A stretch of 47,590 nucleotides of DNA from Atractiella rhizophila (Eukaryota), in the NCBI GenBank assembly GCA_021432655.1, contig MU271204.1, positions 1 to 47,590 of the forward strand. Reading direction: 5' to 3'. Every line of letters begins with the position of its first letter. The first letter of the stretch is position 1. The position numbers were made by a program, and so were the translations under genes. Under the pieces are notes generated by a model. The model was given only the letters and a program-made list of their open reading frames with translations, was not told where the DNA came from and searched no databases. Positions 11,323 through 23,399 of the stretch are shown piece after piece.

Positions 11323-12995
11323 CGTGCGGCAAGCTCATGTGAGATCATCGATTCTGATGTGGATTACGGTATTGCATGGGTTTTGCGCCGGTTTTATATC
11401 CAGCTGTAGGGAGGGTGAGCCAGAGCTGGTTGATGGCCGTTCTTTGAAGCGCCATTTAAAGGCGAGTTCGCTTCTTGTAAGCGCCTCAGACGGAGACGCC
11501 TCACGTGTAGGGCATCAAAACAGGAGCGTGGTATTCCTAAAACGCTTGGCCGTTCACCCACCTCCCTTGGGCAGTTGGGCTGACGTGGTGCGGCTCCGTC
11601 GAACCAGATGGTTCCAGCAACATCGATCGATGGCCCTGAGGCGAGACTGGCCCTCTGGAATCCGGTCAGCGCAGCTCCTCAAAACCGCGAACTTCTGTTT
11701 AAGGACGCATCTGCCCGCATCTTCTATTAAACACTGCAAGGATTTCATTCTCCATAAACGCCAACCTGACAATAGAATGTGACAAAGCAAAAGGCGCTGA
11801 TAGCGCTAGCGTGCCATGCAATAGCAATGACAAAAGAACAGGGACACGTGTAGCCCTCGCTCCGATGACCGCAATCCCAACCCTCACCTAAACATGCGAC
11901 GCACCTCAGCTGCTAAAGTGACTCTCCTTGGCTCTTTCCTTCCTTAAGATTTGAATTGGCCGCGAACAGCCTGGTTGAGTTAGCCGGACGCTGAGAACGG
12001 TAAAAAAAAATCGAGACCGGACAGTTGGGCCAAAATTCAAAATGAGGAGGCAAATGAGGTTTAAAAGCAAAGTGCACCTTGCCATCCCCAAACACTATTT
12101 AAGACCTGTCGGATCCAGCAAGGTGAGATAAATAAGATATGGAGTGCCTGAGCCAACCTTGGAAGACTAGCAGCCATCAAGCAATGGGCCCCCATGTACC
12201 AACGGGGCTAAGTGTGAGTCATGCGAACGGCTTGAAGCTGAAAAGGTTCAATTTCCTTTGCTAACCAAAGAGTTGATTTGCATATTTCAACGCGGGTTTA
12301 AGCCTCTCAGCTCCCTCGGCCGAATATTACACCCCTTATCATTGCTGGCAACTATGTCAGATAGGTCGACAACCACTAACCCGCTCTCGCGGCTGAAGTC
12401 AGTCAAGACGCAGAGTCCTGGACTACGAGTTCTAAGGAGTGCTCAGGTAGTGATGAGTTAGGATTGGTTCTTGGGAAGAGTTTGTATCATGAAGCTGTTG
12501 ATTCGTCTCAACGTATGCAGCAATGAAGGTAACATGGTGATGAAAATGCGAGATAAGATCGCGGACTATCTCGTACAAATCCTGCGTGATGCAGAAATCG
12601 GGAGAAAAATTAAAGACTGTTACGACGTTTGCTAGGTTACGAACATGAACATTCCGACAGTGCATTGGCGAAGGGTGGTAACCCTCTACTACTAAGGCAG
12701 CAAGGGTTACATACGGACAAAGGGTTCGGAACGCTCAGACCTTAAGCATAGAGCGTTGAACCGGGGCAAATAGTTCCGCCGAGATCATGGTCATCAGCAA
12801 GCGACGGCCACGGTGACATCAAACTTGGTACGGTTAGGTGTGTAGCATCGAGAACGTGTTGAAAATCTCTCACGCTTGCGTCGAAGGGGAGCTCCTGATT
12901 GGGCTTCGGTAGTTCGATGAGCGGGAAGAAGGGAGATGCAACATGTCAGCGTTTTCGTTTTTGAGAAAGGCAAAGTGGGTTGATGTGGTGGAACG

Positions 12996-13195
12996 ATCAC
13001 TTAAAGGTGCCAATCCCTTCGTAACAATTTCCTTGGGTCAGTATTTTTGTTGTATCATACTAATTATCATTATCATTATAATAATAATATGTTATCTAAA
13101 TAATCACTTAACGGTGCCAATTTCTCCGTAACAATTTCCTTGGTTAGTATTTTTGTTATATTATACCAATCATAATAATAAATCATTAATGATGC
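12996..13195. repeat. AT-rich degenerate tandem repeat, period about 107 bp
   Basis: ATCACTTAAnGGTGCCAAT...CGTAACAATTTCCTTGG..AGTATTTTTGTT occurs at about 12997 and 13103, with (ATT/ATA)n runs between. Confidence 0.8.
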
Positions 13196-13485
13196 ATATA
13201 TCCATATCCAAATGGCAGTCAATCTTGGTCATTGTCTGTCGACTACTGGCCTCAGCTTCATGCAGACGCATTCCATTCGGATGTATCGACTGCAAACAGG
13301 GATTGAGACGGTTGAAGGCAATTGGAGGGAGTGTGTTGACATGAGGAGACAGGATAACGCGAAGGCAAAGAGATGGTTTTCTGCGCCTTATGTGATGAGC
13401 TGTTGATGCGGTGTTGTGACAGGGTTAACTTGGTCTTTGCACAGGCGGGGTTTCGTTCATGGAAAATGGGTCAGGTGAGGAGGCG

Positions 13486-14312
13486 TTAGGAGGGGGGGTT
13501 TGGTAAAATAAAAGGAGGAGAAATTGGACGGTTAGGGATTTGTTTGAAAGGCAGTAGGAAAGGGTTGTTGACAGAATGCATGCATGTAGGACGTAGCAGA
13601 AAGTTGAAGGGTAGGATAGAGGACATTCGCTGTCTCTTTACTCCGAACGTTTGAAGGAGGAAGGAACCAGCAAAAGGAAGGTTTGCATACACGATACACA
13701 GTAATATAGGCGGAGCAAGGAATCGAAAGAAAAGGGTTTCTGTGACGGTGCAAAGAGGTACATCGCGAAAATTGGAGAGGGTCATGAGCAGTTGTTAGAA
13801 TCAAAACGTGAAAGGCGAGGAGGACGATAACGCATACAATAGATTTGTATTGATGAGGTTCATTGAAGGAAAGGAAAGGGTTGGCTAGAGCCTGAACGTT
13901 GAAAATTAGGTACTGAAGGAGTGGGAACAGAGGAAAACGGACCATCTTGATTCTGAGTTTCCATTTCGCGAAGGATTTCAGCTGTGCGCTTAACAATATC
14001 ACCGTCAGGCAAGGCTTCGGTGCTTGACGGATCGAGGAAGAAAGCTTTGAGATTATCCCAGGTCAAGAGTTGGATTCTTCCGGCGGAAGATGCGGGATAG
14101 ACATAAACACCTTCGGGAGCAATAGAAATGGTAGAGGTGTCTTTGAGGTTATTATGAGTAAAGGAAGGGGAGGAAGGAGGAGTTGCGTACGTAAGTGAGC
14201 GGTATCCATGTTATAAATGTTTGAGATGGGGCAGAGACAGGTCGGGTAGGTGCCCTGAGAAGGAGAGGAAGAGAGGAGAGGTTCGGATGGCTTAAAAAGA
14301 GGGGGTTTGGAT
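13486..14312 (-). pseudogene. hypothetical multi-exon gene abutted or 5'-truncated by an hAT end at 14313
   Basis: Overlapping minus-strand ORFs with GT-AG intron-like gaps (e.g. GRIQLLTWDNLKAFFLDP). The upstream reading frame runs into the TIR. No recognised domain. Confidence 0.3.
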
Positions 14313-14576
14313 TAGGGCTCGACACCGTGCTGACCCGTTGATTTTTTTCTCTCAACGGGTGACGGGCGGGGTACACCCGTCCCGTTGACCCCGTCCGTTC
14401 ACTTCATCCTCTCCAAGAGGACGGGGGCGGGATGGCATACGGTTAGCCAAAACGGGTCACCAGACGGTTTATTCGGTTCAACGGTCCAATCATTATTCTA
14501 ACTCAGCCATGTAATATAACATCATCACGTACTCTCCACGTATCCTCAATTAAGAATCTCAATCACTTCCACTTGT
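14313..14576 (-). mobile_element. solo 3' end (264 bp) of hAT-1
   Basis: Direct repeat of 15060-15323 with 1 substitution seen. Begins with the TIR TAGGGCTCGACACCGT. Confidence 0.95.
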
Positions 14577-15059
14577 AAGTCGCTGAGGCGTACTTGTTTG
14601 TTTTGAAGTGCAAGTATGTGACTGGGACTAGAATTGAGGTCGATGGTGGTTACAGGCTGGCGTAATATCGCTATGAAATGAAACTTTGATCAATTGGGAT
14701 ATCCATTGTGTGCAGCAGGAATGAGATATAGATTGGGCAATGGCGGCGGCCTATTACCAGCGACATTCGGGAGCAGCAGTTTCTACTACTACTATACAGC
14801 TACAGCTCTTTCTGGCTGCAGCGCCGTGAATCAAGAGCACAAACTCACACTCCACTATGGCCCAAGGAAGGGAAAGAAATCATGTGGGGGATTTAGAACA
14901 CACACTATTTTCAACCAAACTGAGACCAAAAGATGGAAATACTGTGCACAAAGCTCTACCCATATCTCCCAGAAGCTCCAATATTGCAATCCGTTTCTTT
15001 TCGTTTGGCTTCCTTGAACGATCGACCCTCAAGGGGCCCTGTTTACCAGCCGTCATCGT

Positions 15060-18000
15060 TAGGGCTCGACACCGTGCCGACCCGTTGATTTTTTTCTCTC
15101 AACGGGTGACGGGCGGGGTACACCCGTCCCGTTGACCCCGTCCGTTCACTTCATCCTCTCCAAGAGGACGGGGGCGGGATGGCATACGGTTAGCCAAAAC
15201 GGGTCACCAGACGGTTTATTCGGTTCAACGGTCCAATCATTATTCTAACTCAGCCATGTAATATAACATCATCACGTACTCTCCACGTATCCTCAATTAA
15301 GAATCTCAATCACTTCCACTTGTGGTCTAGTCAATGACAATAGGCATTGGGACATCCTGAGGCATGCGAAAAAGCCACTCCAAGCCTCCTTTCATCTTTC
15401 CATCATGTCTCCACCATGCTCGTAAGAGCATCAACTTGCGAACAGTTTCTGCTTTCAGTGAAGCACGACGCAAGGAGATGACATCCCGTCCAGAGGAAAA
15501 TACGCGTTCGATGGCAACAGAGGAAGCTACCAAGATGATCAGTGATCTGAGTACAACATTAACTAAGTTGTGAGCACGTACCTGGAACGCTCAACACGTC
15601 CCTGGCCAAAGGAGCCAATGCAGCAAATTTTCCGCTCTGGGCTTGCTTCTTCCACCAGAGCATCACATCAACCTGAGCATCCTTAACACAGTCTTCCGAA
15701 TCCACCTCTTCCTTAGCACTCAAGTAATTCCAGTACCGTTCCAGAGGATGCAAATGTGAAGAATTGCTGACCTTGCGAGCGTTGGGGAAGAGACGTGCGT
15801 TGAGTTTCTCCACAGCGGTCATGGGTTTTGAGGAAGCTGCAACTTCGGTAGACACTGGAGTGGAGGAGGCAGGTGTTGATGGTGGGGGAGTGACGAGTGC
15901 ATACTCAAGATCGAACTTGAGTTTGAGGCTCGACTTTGCTCGCTCAATGGCCCAAGGATCAAGACCACGAGCTGTGTCTTCCAAGGTCGTAGGACCCATG
16001 CGAGGATCCAGTACTGAAGTAAAGAGGCTAAATCAGTGATGGAACATAATTGGAAGTATAGACGTACAGATTGCCCAGTAGTACCATGGATATTCATCAG
16101 TCTTCGAGAAGTACTTGGCTAATTTCTCATGTGCCTTCATCAAGCCGACCTTGACAACTGGGGCAGTGGTGCCAGGCAGCTTGGCCACCGCTTGCTCGAG
16201 CTTCTCAAACAGCTGGATAAATAGCAAAACAACACTACTGACCGTGACACAGGAGGTGCTAGACATCAAGGCAGTGATGTCAGCAAACTCCTCCAACCAT
16301 GTCGCAACAAGTTCAATTGCAGCCCAATCTTCTTCCAACAAGCAGACACCTTTGAGTTCTTTCACTTGGATTACTGAGAAATCATCTACAGCCCGCCGAA
16401 AAGCCAGCGCTCTCTTGAGCATGAAACAAGTCGAGGACCAGCGTGTTCGAACATCGAGAAGTAAGACTTTTTCCTTCTCCTCCAGCACTGGCATCGCCGT
16501 ACCAACACATCGAAACCACCATTCCTTTTTCTGAGGAGACGACCTAGCGCACTTGACAATGACACGGAGCTAGAATGCCAATATGAGTTCATTAGCCCCT
16601 TTTATAATGAGAAAGTGAGACAGCAGGCTTACCCGTTGAATGGCAGTTCCGATGTCTGTATTACTCTCAGAACTAGGAACATCATCATCCAGCGCCTCGC
16701 TCCCACCCTCTTCAGGTTCCGATGTGTCATCTTCATCGTGGGCAGTCGTAAGATTCTCGACGGTACTCTGGTACGGTTCCCACATGCCATCATTACTGGT
16801 CCCTTCCTCGACAAGACCTGGAGGTAAAGGTTGGCTCGTTGGGGCCATACCGAGAGCATTCAGATCTTTCGGTTTTCCAGAGGCTGGAGTTGTGGAGGCT
16901 GTGGGTTTGTTCTTTGGCCATGCGCCAATCGAATTGAGCAGTTCAATAGCGGAGAGATGAATGATGTGTGGAAGGCATCTTCCTCTACACTCGTTTGCTG
17001 GGAAGGTGATGCCGTCCTTCTTGAATAGTGACTCTAGCTCTTGCATCATCGTATCGTTGGAACTGGCATTGTCAGACATGATGACAGAAATCTATGCACA
17101 CTTGAGAATGCTGAACAACTTTTAGAATATACATACCTTTTCCAATATCCTTAATTTTGTGAGAACATCATAAACTGCCTTTGCGAGCTTCTTCCCACTA
17201 TGCTTTCCGTGCACTTCAACAAAGTCCAACAGATCCGTATTGAGATTCCAGTTTGCGTCGACAGGATGGCCGCAGATCGCAAGAAAGCTTGAATTGGTGC
17301 TGGCAGTCCAAAGGTCAAGTGAGATGGCAAACTTGCATTCAAAATGCTATGTATGATGCACATCATCAGCCAGAGCATGCAACAAATGAACGTGAACAGA
17401 GTGAGAACACACCTCATAATATTGCACAAGGTTTTCTTGGAGATTGTCGAAGTACTCAGCGGTCAAACGTCGCATGGTTGTCGAAGTGGGAACATCTAAT
17501 TGAGAGCCATGAACGTAACTAAGCAGGTCCCGCAATTCCCGGCATTCAACCTCAGTAAATGGTTGAGCGCTGACTGAGAGCCAGCGGGTGAGCAGATACT
17601 TCAGCTTTTCTGGATTGACATCCTGCAATCCCCCATCAGCTTTCTTACTCTACCGAATGATAAAACGAACCTCATTGCTTTTCCGGTTAAATGTCAATCC
17701 ATTGGCTATGGAGTGACCTTGCATCCACAAGCGAATACTTCCTGGAGCTGGCACATCTCCATCATCTGACCTTGACTCTCCTCGCAAAGACTTATACTCG
17801 GGATATGTCAATTCCTTCTTGGCGAATCTGATATCGGCATCATTCAGGTCGTCGCCAGCTGCGGTACTCATAAGTCGTCTAAGGGCTTTATTGACCTGCT
17901 GTCCATGCTTGTTGTGCAGATGATTGATCAACGAGTCGTAATTGTACTTGCTTTCCATTGTTTGGCGGAAGTAGAGGTTGCATCAGCGACATTGAAAGAC

Positions 18001-19785
18001 ACGATCACTGGGAACGACGGGCCGATTGCTGAAAGTGGCTTTTGGAATGGTGGAGTGATCCTTAACAAGGTGGTAGAAGAACTTGCAGGTTGCTTTCCCA
18101 CGAGGTTCATTGTTGTGAACTCTCTAATCCTGGTGTCAAAACTGGCACTGCTGAAAAAAAGCGACTGCTACGTGCCTTCCACTTGGGCTCAGAGACATTT
18201 GGTCCCTGCTCATCATCATCGGTTGTTTCCTTGTTTGTCATCATCAGCATCTTATCTGTGTGAATAGTCAAGTCAGAAAGACAAACCACTTGCGCCCCTC
18301 CCGGTACCTTTCTCTTCTTCTGTTTCTTCTTCTCTTTTTTCTTCTGGGCTCGTGTCTTCCCCGTCACGGTTCCATCTTCCTTCCTCCTCTCCTTCATCGC
18401 ATCCGCCATTGCCTGATTCAACTCTCTCGCATCCTCCTCCGATGCTGATGTTGAAGACTCGGCTCCCTCTCCCCCTTCATCTTCACACATGAAATCTGAG
18501 TCAATTTTTCCTTCCTCAAACTCCTCCAGTTCCCCGACTTTAATCAGAAGCTTGACAATAGTAGCGCCGGCTTTGCTGAGATATCGAAGTCGTTCGACAG
18601 TTACTGACGGGAACAGGGTGTACTGCTTTCGGGTCTCAAACCAAAGCTTGACGAATGATGTAATCCCTGCTGCACCACCTATGCCAGACTGATCCAGCTT
18701 TTGTACCGAAAATTGGACAAACTCATCGTCCTCGTCCAGAGGTTGACAGTCATCAGCAGTAGTTGAGATTACAAGGGAGATGAGGTGCAGGGAACTCAGT
18801 GCCAACGTGGAGTTTGTGTTCTGGAGGTGCTTAAGTTAATCGAAGAACGTGAAATTAGAAAGAGACAAACCGAGTTGGCGTTGAGACTCTTAGTAAGAGA
18901 CTGGCTTTGCGAAAGTAGGTATCGTGTCGCATGGTATCCGCTCTCCTTTGCCTGTTTCAATAACCTGTAGGCGAACATGGTCAGTTAACAGATGAAAATG
19001 GAAAGGAAGAAGGCGTACAACTCGTGTAACTCTTTCTTCTGCGCTTTTTCCGACAGAGAGGTTCCGTCTTCGTTGTTCTTGCGAGCCATGTCGACAGGTT
19101 TCTTCATTCTGTTGCTTCTTCGACTGTGAGGTTCCATTGGATCCATGACAGGCATGCAGGAGCAGTTTCTACTCTGAGGAAGGAAACGGAAAAGGTCGAC
19201 ACCTTTTAAGAGATTCTACTATCCTTGCATTGCCCAAACTTGATGTAACATGCTTCTCGGACACGGTCCTCCTCACTGCCAGATTTACAAAGAGAAAGCA
19301 AGTGATACTCATCAGAAATTCCACAAAACACATCACAGAATGTCCATCACTTCTCGGATCTGGCATCTTCATTCTCTTCCATCCTAAATTTCCAATCTCA
19401 TACGACTCCTTCAGGTCAGAATCCATTTCTTTGGGGAGAGCGCTGGTTTGAGAGGCAAAAGCGGAACGAGGAGACGAATGCATCATAGGTGTGGATCAAG
19501 CGTTGGAATGTGAGATCAACCGTTATTGTCCTGCTGAAACTTCCATCGTCAGGAATTTGTCATTCCAGGCAAGGCATCCCACATACCTGGCCATCCCTAC
19601 CCCGTTCACTCACCCGTGACTTGTACATCTTCGAATCGGACCGGAGCCATGCGGTCTCCACCCGTCCGCTGGAACCGTCCGAGGAAGAAAATCAAAAAGC
19701 CATAACGGGGTCGGATCGGGACGTTGTTTCGGAGCCGTCCACCGTATGCCGTCACCCGTTTCCAACGGGACGGTGTCGAGCCCTA
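15060..19785 (-). mobile_element. full-length hAT DNA transposon (hAT-1), 4726 bp
   Basis: TIRs TAGGGCTCGACACCGT (16 bp perfect, 19/20) at 15060 and 19785. Many CCCGT/ACGGG subterminal repeats and an internal hAT transposase. The flanks GTCATCGT and GCCTTAAT do not match each other. Confidence 0.95.
15327..19155 (-). pseudogene. hAT transposase, multi-exon, with an in-frame stop in the BED finger
   Basis: BED finger FQCR*CNLYF...LINHLHNKH; D1 ISLDLWT; D2 MSDNASSND; CLPH (CxxH); DVRTRWSST; dimerisation domain WWK...LARDVLSVP..SSVAIERVFS. TGA at 17983-17985. Confidence 0.88.
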
Positions 19786-19793
19786 GCCTTAAT

Positions 19794-20980
19794 GAGTCTC
19801 TTCAGTATGTGTTTTGTTTTCATTTCGCCATGGGTAACAAGAAAGCGAACAATTTCCAGGTTGGCTGTCTGCAATCTTTCCATAAACGTTGCGCCACAAA
19901 ACAGACCTCAGCCCACTGCTCCCTCGCGTACGGTGTCGTGGTGCTTGAGACCAAGTTTCCCGAATTGACCCAGTGCGAAGGACATGCAATGGCCGATCAT
20001 CTCTTTGGTGAAAGCAGACATCGTCAATTAGAACGTTTTAGGTCCGGTATTAGACGTCGCGAGAAGCGTCCGAAAGTAGAAGAAGCTACTGGGAACGGAG
20101 ACGTCACGTCAGGAGCCACAACCAGTATCCCACAGAATCAGGTCTCAATTCCGCCTGTAAAAGCACACGAGCGGAACAAGAACCAACTTCTCGCTGTAGA
20201 GAGGATCAAGAAGCAAGGAGCAGATTCACGCACAATGGTCGTCATTTTCATCTGATACCACTCCAGACTAATATTCCGGCAGGTTTGTTGATGTTCCTAT
20301 ACCGATAGACCCTGCAATTGCAAGTTGCCACCATCTCCTTCAAAGGTGTGTTGTTTGCTTTGCAATGCAGACTCAAGTGGCCACGCTCACTGCAGTGATT
20401 GGCTGTGATTACGACGTGCTGCAGGTACAGTGACTTCCACTTCTGCTAAACATGTGCCGCTGGGCAATGTGGAATATGCCACCACTGTGACCCATCACCA
20501 ACTGCCTGTTGAAGAAGTTAGCATGGCAACAGATTCCATGAAGAAAGCAGGGGTTGGAACATTCTGTTTCGATAGTGGTAAGTATGTTTCTGATTTACAC
20601 AGGAATATAGCTAACCGTATTTACTTGAGCTTTACAATCGAGTGTAGACTGTGACCCTCCTGTCCAAGCCAACGGTTCAGCCCACGCTTCGCCTCCCTTG
20701 GATCCCTCAAATTCGACTAACCTCACTCAACTTACGATTGCCGAGGATAACTTCAATCTCACAGGAGCATCTGAGAGAAGCCACAGTAATTCTTCCTGGT
20801 ACAGAATGTCATGAGGCTGACCATAGGAAAGCTTCAGATGCTACGACGAATCCGCCACGTTCATCTCATGCAACAGACGTCCCAGTTTCCCTCATCAACA
20901 TACACCATGCACCTGCTGGGACCACGGATATCGCTACAGAAGCAGCGGTGCGCCTGCTTGATAGCGGAGAGTGTCGCTAA
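19794..20980 (+). CDS. hypothetical multi-exon gene lacking its own 5' end (starts at the hAT flank)
   Basis: ORF ...VVVLETKFPELTQCEGHAMADHLF... followed by further exon-like ORFs (20430-20578, 20651-20980) separated by GT-AG gaps. Confidence 0.35.
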
Positions 20981-21069
20981 TGAAAGGAATAGGCGCTGGC
21001 AGGAATGCGGGAGAGCACCGTCGATGGCACTCCGTCTGGTCAGATGCTCCTTTAATGCAAATTCTCGTT

Positions 21070-21978
21070 AACTCACCAACACATTAAAGCAAAAGGCAAC
21101 ATTTCAGGGTCTGCATGACCCTTTGCCGAGGAGACGGTGCGACCACCTCGTACGTTTGGGAAGACCATGGCAGTCAACAACGGTGGGTCATCTTTCACAG
21201 TAAGCACTGTCCACATACTACGTGTTAAGTGTGTCTGAAAGTTGCTAGGCATCTTGTGCACTTCATATTGAGTCTACCCCTGTACCAAAAGGAGGGACAA
21301 ACAAGCGGATCCTAGGTGGAAGCTGTGTCAGCAGTGCAGTATGGCATAAACTCATAACTAATGTACACATTTGTCATTTCATGGTGATGCAGGGAGATGT
21401 ACAAACGGTTCCGTATGCAACAGTACGAGCAAGAGCATGCTGCAGGCAACATGGTGGCAGAACTGGATTTAAAAAGGAATACACACTTCTTTCGGCGACT
21501 AAGAAAGCTGTTTGTCTGTCTGTCTTGTATGTCCTCTGCTGATTGCCAATTGTTTTAGGGCTGGAATAGGCGTTGGAAAGAGCAATCAGAAGCTGTCAAG
21601 GTCACGGTGAGGGATTCTACTAACTCAACTTTAACGGTAGATTGATTGTATCTGTGTAGAGCTGGAAAGGAGGGTCATGCGCAGACGGGTAGAATAGTGG
21701 AGCAGGGAGGGGAGAAGCGGGTGCCGGGGGAGGGCTTGGAACTTGGGAAGGAGGAGGGGAAGGAGGCATGGATTGATGAGAAATCAGGCAAACCGAAGGA
21801 AATAATGGAAATTCCTATTTTTTGCGCGAATCACCTTGTCACTTGTGCTGGAAAAAAACGCCAAAAAACGTAACCCAACCCATATATTCTGTGTTTTCCT
21901 GCTAGACGGAAAAGATGGAAAAAGCTAGGGGAAAATCGCAAAAACAAGGAAAATGGCCAGAAAGGATTTTTTACGGGG
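21070..21978 (-). mobile_element. truncated relative of the 2898-4388 TIR family (single terminus)
   Basis: The terminus CAGAAAGGATTTTTTACGGGG (about 21958-21978) resembles CGGAAAGGACTTTTGACAGGG (4368-4388), with similar GGAAAA-rich subterminal DNA. Cys-rich remnant MKCTRCLATFRHT*HVVCGQC near 21200-21270 on the minus strand. Left limit is a guess. Confidence 0.45.
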
Positions 21979-21996
21979 CGTCACACCTCCCTCACC

Positions 21997-22260
21997 ATGC
22001 ACAATAGAATGAAATGTATTATACCATCATATCCCATACGCTTGCCCCTTTCTGAACCTGCAAGGAAATTTTATTCCGAAAGGGTTGAAAAATACACTTT
22101 GTACTGGACTCGAACCCTTGGAAGCAAGGCAAGAATATAGCCAACTCTGTTCCCCAATTCCACCACAGCTGCCCTGCAATGAACCAAATTCCGCCACAGC
22201 AGGCGTACCCAGAGTTGCCCTGCATTTGCAGCCTTGCCCAGGGTTGCCCTGCATACTTGT
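21997..22260 (-). repeat. tRNA-derived/SINE-like dispersed repeat
   Basis: On the minus strand, A-box-like GTGGCGGAATTTGGT (about 22183-22197) and GTGGTGGAATTGG (about 22154-22166) precede the B box GGGTTCGAGTCC (22106-22117). Short GCAGGGCA(A/G)C repeats. Homologous to 4455-4575. Confidence 0.5.
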
Positions 22261-22589
22261 GATTTGTTTATATAGTGTGGTTTGATCATTTCTCAGTTGT
22301 GTGCCAAAAGTTGGCTTTTGCCATTCATGAGGGAAGGGAAGCACTGACTGTCAGTGAAATATAGGCTCTTACCTGCTTCTGATGGCCAAGTAGACTCATT
22401 ATGCCCTGTCCCAAGCAAAAAAAAAGGTGCTAAGACACGAATTGGGCCCAACATCAGAGGCGAGAAGATAGCCCTGTTGATCTGATCTCCCAGCCATTCA
22501 GAGAGACATGCTGCAGGGTTGCCTTAGCTCTTTCAGCTTACACAACCCACACCTCCTCAACATTAGACCTGTCAAATTTGTATGCAGCA

Positions 22590-23398
22590 GCAGGAGGGTG
22601 AACCTTCTAGAGGACGCCAATACCAACCACAGCCAGACCCTCCACCTTTACGTGAAGAAATCGATGACAGTCCCTTGAATGGACAGCAGGGGGAGGATTT
22701 GAGAATACCACTCTTCCTGATGAAAAGGTGGTAGCTTCTCGGGATGTAAGACAAGATTAACATCCTTTTTCCGCATTCAACTACTTACCATACACGGTGG
22801 AGGCATCCGATTTTCAGGATGGAATGAAGCCTTTTTTGCTCAGAATGTGGTGCCTTTCATTGGCTCGAGGAACGGATAGCGAGGAGCTCTAAGCAGAATC
22901 CAAAGTTTTCTAACTGTTGTTCTCTGGGAAAGATTATCCTTCCTGCTTATGAAGAACTACCAGCAGAATTCCATAAGCTATTAATCAACCCAGTTTCCAG
23001 AAAATATCCACTCCTACAATAATGCTCTTTCCTTTACTTCTCTTGGAGTCAAGCTGCCTCCTATTCCTGGGCAAGAAGTTTACTCTTTTCGGATTCAAGG
23101 GGAGATGTGCCATCACATTGGAACTTTGCTACCTGATTCTGACGGAGATGAACTGTTCGTACAAATCTACATGCTGGATTCTGAAGAGCAGATTCGACAA
23201 AGAGTAGAGACCGTTGGACAGTACAAACTCAAGGAAGGGACTTTGAGGAAGTTGCAAGGAATGATGTGGAGGGTCAATCCCTGGCCAAAAATTTATAAAA
23301 CAGCAAGAGAGTGTATGGAAGATAATCTGACTTTGAACCTCCACCTTTGAACTGTTAATCGTGCTGATCAGGACCCTCGACAATACAATAGGCCAACA
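22590..23398 (+). mobile_element. Helitron RepHel N-terminal fragment (degenerate)
   Basis: CSECGAFHWLEER...FSNCCSLGKIILP, YNNALSFTSLG, YSFRIQGEMCHHIGTLLP, FVQIYMLD, LQGMMWRVNP and DPRQYNRPT are typical motifs upstream of the Helitron Rep domain. Frameshifts and a stop are present. Confidence 0.9.
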
Positions 23399-23399
23399 G

